Source: Thermodesulfobacteriota bacterium
Lineage (GTDB): Bacteria; Desulfobacterota; Desulfarculia; JACQYL01
Reading direction: 5' to 3'
Assembly (NCBI GenBank): GCA_963675595.2
Contig: CAXXLZ010000001.1
Location: 1,152,001 to 1,216,000, forward strand
DNA length: 64,000 nucleotides
Part shown: piece by piece, positions 59,794 through 64,000 of the stretch
Position numbering within the stretch: position 1 is the stretch's first letter
Layout of the letters: the number at the start of each line of letters is the position of its first letter
Notes under the pieces: generated by a model
Database searches by the model: none
Told to the model about the DNA's origin: nothing
The model's input: only the letters and a program-made list of their open reading frames with translations
Made by a program: the position numbers and the translations under genes

Positions 59794-60651
59794 CTATTCA
59801 TCTTTTCTTTCGGCATAGGTCAGCACCATCCCGCCGTCGAAAAGGAGGTCGCCTCCCACCAAGTAACGGGCGAACCTGGAGAAGCCGAAAAGAAAAAGGT
59901 TTCCCACCTCAATGGGGGTCATCATTTCCTTCACGCGTGAGCTTCCCAACATGACTTCCCGGACCACCTGTTCCGGGGTGATTCCTCGCTTCTCCGCCTG
60001 AGCCGGTATCTGCCTGAGGGCCAAAGCCGTCTTGACAAAGCCCGTGCTTACCGTGAACGAACGCACCTTGCCTTTTCCTTCGGCGGATATGGACTGAGAC
60101 AGAGCCCGCAATGAAAACTTGGTGATGTTATAGGACGACTTGCAGATGGTGGAGATGTGGGCATGGGCCGATGCCATGTTCCCAATGACTCCCCGACCGT
60201 CCCTCGACTGTTTCATGTGTGGAATGGTGAGCTTGGATAGAAAAAAAGGCGCCCTGATCATGACTCGCTGCATCAGGTCATATTTTTCCATGGGGAAGTC
60301 TTCGATGTAGTCAATGTGCTGCATTCCCGCCACATTGACCAGGTATTTTATGGATCCCAATCCGGCCGCCTCGGCCACCGCCCGCTCCATATCATCATCC
60401 CGGGTCAGATCCGTACGGATGAACTTCATCCGACCGCCCATGTCCAGAGCCATTTGAACCGTTCTGTCGCCCTCTTCCTGATTGACGTCCAAGCCTACCA
60501 CCGTCAGGTTGTTTGCCGCCGCCGCCACGCATGCGGCTCTCCCGATGCCGCCCGAAGCTCCGGTGACGATGCAGACATGATCGGTGCTGAAATCCGGATC
60601 TTCAAGAATAAGGATTTCTTCACGGGTAATCCCGGGTTCGCTGATGTCCAT
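59794..60651 (-). CDS. SDR oxidoreductase, 3-hydroxybutyrate dehydrogenase-like
   Basis: TGASGGIG, NVAGMQH, MASAHA, YNITK (YxxxK), GFVKT, QIP.QA. Confidence 0.85.
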   Translation of the reverse strand: MDISEPGITREEILILEDPDFSTDHVCIVTGASGGIGRAACVAAAANNLTVVGLDVNQEEGDRTVQMALDMGGRMKFIRTDLTRDDDMERAVAEAAGLGSIKYLVNVAGMQHIDYIEDFPMEKYDLMQRVMIRAPFFLSKLTIPHMKQSRDGRGVIGNMASAHAHISTICKSSYNITKFSLRALSQSISAEGKGKVRSFTVSTGFVKTALALRQIPAQAEKRGITPEQVVREVMLGSSRVKEMMTPIEVGNLFLFGFSRFARYLVGGDLLFDGGMVLTYAERKDE

Positions 60652-61054
60652 CTGATTTCCTCCTGTTCTGGGGACACACTCTGGTCGCCTGTCTGCCGGG
60701 GCAATCGCGCCGGTGGAACGTCGAACCGGCGCCATTCGATTTCCTGAGTTTGATGATACGGTATCCAAAACGGCACGGCAAACCTGAAATGAGCATTGGC
60801 TCTCATGCCGTAGAAGGGGGTGTCGACCAACTTTTTTCCACCTGTTGAAAGAGGCGTTACCGCGCATCGTTAGGTGAAAAAGGCTCGACGGACGGTGCCC
60901 GTGATCCGGGTGTCCAAAGCTTGCGATCGACGATGTTCTAGATGAGAAAAGCCTGATTGGTAGAAGGGGAAATGACCATGCGGTGAAGGCTTCAGGACGG
61001 CCGGCGGTGGTTTGATTGACGGCCGACTCCGACAAGGGGGTCGGCCGTGATCCA

Positions 61055-61948
61055 TTACGATTCTTCCGTTGGAGGGGGGGGAGCAACGAAGTTCAGGACT
61101 CCGGGTCCTTGTAGGATGTTTTGGTGAATTCCCAGTGCCTTCTCGTCCAAGCCCATGCTTACGCCGAGCAATTGGGGATAGAGGAGCGAGGGAAGCGAGC
61201 GAGCGCCGTTTCCGGACGCGGAGAGCATATCCGATTGGACGGTGTCGAACTGAATCTGGCAATAAGTACAGGAAACACAGAGATAATCGGCTCCCGCATT
61301 CATGCCGTCCTCGAGCTTGCGTCGGGTCAGAGAGCGAGCCAATGTCTCGTTCTTATTCCAAAGCGGGTTCCCGCAACACTCCAATTTGAGGGCCCAGGGA
61401 ACACTCTTAGCCCCAGTGACTTCCACGAGCTGATCGAAAATCTTGGGGTCCATGGGATCGTCGAATTGGGTGACGGCGCTGGGCCTTAATGCATGGCATC
61501 CGTAGTGGGTCGCGATGTTGAGCTTCGTGAAGGGTTTGACCACACGAGACTTGAGTTCCTTCGTTCCCACCTCATGGTAGAGAGTGGAGAGAATATGCTT
61601 AGTCTCGAAAGTACCCTCGTATTTGAGCCCGTCCCTGGAGAGAATCCGGTTGACGTCTTCTTTGAGCTCTTTGGATTCCTTGAGAAGGTATTCCGCCTTT
61701 TTCAAGCTTCCAAAGCAACATTTACAGGGAGTGATGATTCCACATCCTTCTCGTTCCGCGAGAGCCAGATTACGGGCCGAAGAGAGGACGTAAGTATGTT
61801 GGCTTAGATGTCGGACGGGATAACCGCAGCAGTTGAATTCGACGTCCGCCAACTGAATGTCCAGTGCTTTGAAAACGGCTTTTGTGGCAGCACCGTATTG
61901 AGGTACGTAATAAGGGATCTTACACCCGGGAAAATAAGCATATTTCAT
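61055..61948 (-). CDS. hdrB: Heterodisulfide reductase subunit B-like (CCG domains)
   Basis: YFPGC, NCCGYP, ARNLALAE, TPCKCC, HYGCHALRP, CCGNP, CTYCQIQFD. Confidence 0.9.
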   Translation of the reverse strand: MKYAYFPGCKIPYYVPQYGAATKAVFKALDIQLADVEFNCCGYPVRHLSQHTYVLSSARNLALAEREGCGIITPCKCCFGSLKKAEYLLKESKELKEDVNRILSRDGLKYEGTFETKHILSTLYHEVGTKELKSRVVKPFTKLNIATHYGCHALRPSAVTQFDDPMDPKIFDQLVEVTGAKSVPWALKLECCGNPLWNKNETLARSLTRRKLEDGMNAGADYLCVSCTYCQIQFDTVQSDMLSASGNGARSLPSLLYPQLLGVSMGLDEKALGIHQNILQGPGVLNFVAPPPPTEES

Positions 61949-62035
61949 TTCAGAGCCTCATCAAGCTGCGAAGTATTTCCACGAAGAAGAAACCTACCCG
62001 CGGCGACCGATTGTGGCCGTTTCGTTCCGGGTGGG

Positions 62036-63733
62036 TCAAACCGACGCCTGGGCCCCGGTCCCATTCTTGGTGACGTGACTGTAACCCATGTTCCTCAGCT
62101 CATAGAGTATGTCCGTCACTTTAACCCCCTGAGGGCAATGTTCCTGACACATGTAACAGGTGACGCACTGCCACGTCATGCCGCAGGAGGCGGTCTTTTC
62201 TCTTAGTCCGAACCTCAGGGAATGCATAATCTGGTGCGGCAGGAGGCCCAATTCTTCCTGAGGATTTTCGTAACTGGCCACAACCGGACACACGTTCGTG
62301 CAGGTCTGACAGGTAAAGCACTGAGAGAATGTGTGGGCCTGGGTCGAGAGATTGAAATTCTTCTCGAAGCCGTCTCCACCCGGCACGAATCGAATTTCCT
62401 CTTCCGCGGGTTTGGCCCGCTGTTCCGCTTCAACGGCGTTACGGGCAAAGGAAAACGCTTCGGGATAGCCCTTTCGGTCCAACTTCTCCTTCAGTTTGAG
62501 CCACAGGTCCTGAAGGTTGATGCCCACGGGACAGACGTCCGTGCAGCGCATGCAACGCGTACAGATGGAGTTCCCTTCCCTGAGAAGGCTCAACTCCGAC
62601 GGGGACAAGTCTTTTCCCTTTGTGAATTTCCTGAGAAGCGCCAGCTTTTCGGAGGGATAGATGGCCATGTTGGGGATATCCTCGAAGGAAATCCCGACCG
62701 AGCATCTGGAACTGCAGGTCCCGCAGTGCATGCAGGCATCCAATTCCAGCGCCTGTTTGGTGGCCCAGTTTGCGGGATCCGAGGTCTTGGGATCCATTAC
62801 CTCGTTGGCCATCAAGCTCAAAGGACCGGTAAAGATATGGATGAACTTGCTGAAAGGCAGATAGGCCAACCCCAGGAAGCATGCGAGGATATGAAGGTAC
62901 CATAAACCACGCTCGACGCTTTGCGAAGAGATTCCGGGAGCGGCGGGTTTGATCGCTTGGGCGACGGCGTACGACATGAAAGCCGAGGTCGGTTTGGAGT
63001 GACAATAGGCACAGCTGATGTCGTGCTCTCCCTTGCCCTGTTCGACCATCATTTCGTCGTCGACGGGAACCGGTTCGCTGAACACCACATCAAATTCTTT
63101 GGCCCAATATGCTTTCAGAGGAAGGACTTCTTCGTCGTCGAGCGCCGCGTAGTTCTCAACCATATAGTTAAAGCGAGACTCGGAAAGAATCTTCACGGCT
63201 TCGAGGCCTACGCCGGAGAGCATAATCACGGCCAATATGATGATGGCGTAACGGTCCATGCCCACGGATATCCTGCGAAGCACTTTCATTTTCGATCTTC
63301 GGACAAGGGCGATGATAACGCCGATGATCACCAGAGCGCCGAACAGGTTACGGAGGAACATGAACGGGTTCAACGTGGATGCATAATCGGAGAAAATCTT
63401 GCTTGTGATAATGGAGTCCATGGCGTGCATGAGGAGCAGGAGCATGAATCCCGCGTAAATGCACATATGCATGACCCATCGGGTCGGGCTGTCCCGCAAA
63501 ACCCGGAGCTGCAGAAGACCGTCGAGTATGAAGCTCTTGAGCAGCCCACCGATGCGGGGGCTGAAAATTGTAGCGAAAAAGCCTTTGATGAAGGCGCCGA
63601 CTCGTTGTCCCGTGGTCTGGGAAGTTCCCGCCACGTCGTTGCGGAACCAGGTGAATACTTTGTAGAGGAGCCCCACGCCGAAGACGGCCAACGAGATGTA
63701 CAGACCTGCCGAAAAAAAGGTATCCGTATTCAT
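62036..63733 (-). CDS. Membrane NarI/HdrE-like domain fused to HdrC-like 4Fe-4S domains, with a CxxCH motif
   Basis: TM helices with His (RWVMH, WYLHIL..YLPFSKFIH); CAYCH; four CxxCxxCxxxC motifs. Confidence 0.85.
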   Translation of the reverse strand: MNTDTFFSAGLYISLAVFGVGLLYKVFTWFRNDVAGTSQTTGQRVGAFIKGFFATIFSPRIGGLLKSFILDGLLQLRVLRDSPTRWVMHMCIYAGFMLLLLMHAMDSIITSKIFSDYASTLNPFMFLRNLFGALVIIGVIIALVRRSKMKVLRRISVGMDRYAIIILAVIMLSGVGLEAVKILSESRFNYMVENYAALDDEEVLPLKAYWAKEFDVVFSEPVPVDDEMMVEQGKGEHDISCAYCHSKPTSAFMSYAVAQAIKPAAPGISSQSVERGLWYLHILACFLGLAYLPFSKFIHIFTGPLSLMANEVMDPKTSDPANWATKQALELDACMHCGTCSSRCSVGISFEDIPNMAIYPSEKLALLRKFTKGKDLSPSELSLLREGNSICTRCMRCTDVCPVGINLQDLWLKLKEKLDRKGYPEAFSFARNAVEAEQRAKPAEEEIRFVPGGDGFEKNFNLSTQAHTFSQCFTCQTCTNVCPVVASYENPQEELGLLPHQIMHSLRFGLREKTASCGMTWQCVTCYMCQEHCPQGVKVTDILYELRNMGYSHVTKNGTGAQASV

Positions 63734-64000
63734 ACCACCCTTCCACCAACGAGATTTGGATCTGGTTCGCGAGAATCCCTTCAGGGACGGGGAAGAATTT
63801 CCCGAGGCGGGAGCAAGAACGCCTCGTGCCTAGGGTTGCTCTTGACCAGGAGAAGCCTGATCCTATCACGAATGGCGGTCCGCCTCAAAACGAAAAATAC
63901 CGACTACGTGAAAAATTACGCTTTTCCTTTTACCTTCATTTGTGTATATCAGATTCTTATCGTAGATGTAGTGCCGTGTTTGGCTTCTTAGCAGCAGGCT

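Noticed and set aside
63900-63925. Possible Rex operator (CGTGAAAAATTACG) upstream of the membrane Hdr gene
   Set aside because: Only one half-site matches well, which is too weak to call.

Overview
Chromosomal window from a GC-rich anaerobe. Gene content points to Desulfobacterota (Deltaproteobacteria): flxABCD, Hdr-like genes, fhs and a YcaO-TPR protein. Most of it is housekeeping and metabolic genes (trmFO, dtd, tatD, fhs, an ABC exporter pair, amgK-like kinase, pyrR, mdh, trmJ-like, prpE, pepF-like, an SDR, tRNA-His). It also holds two intact IS elements with target-site duplications, an AT-rich lipoprotein islet and a Desulfobacterota-type intergenic repeat. The standout is a likely undescribed RiPP system at 54.6-56.8 kb: a B12-dependent radical SAM enzyme with a C-terminal RRE/DUF2063(HvfC)-like region, translationally coupled to a 48-aa peptide carrying six Cys-His repeats, (ACHAP)5-ACHGPK. 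Other notable items: a probable selenocysteine (in-frame TGA) in MvhD/FlxD; a dedicated TPR / J-domain (PPD) / GrpE / Hsp70 / Zn-ribbon operon; a membrane HdrE-HdrC-like protein with a CxxCH motif; and a near-consensus sigma28 promoter ahead of an orphan gene. All calls come from reading the sequence and recalled family motifs; no database search was run.
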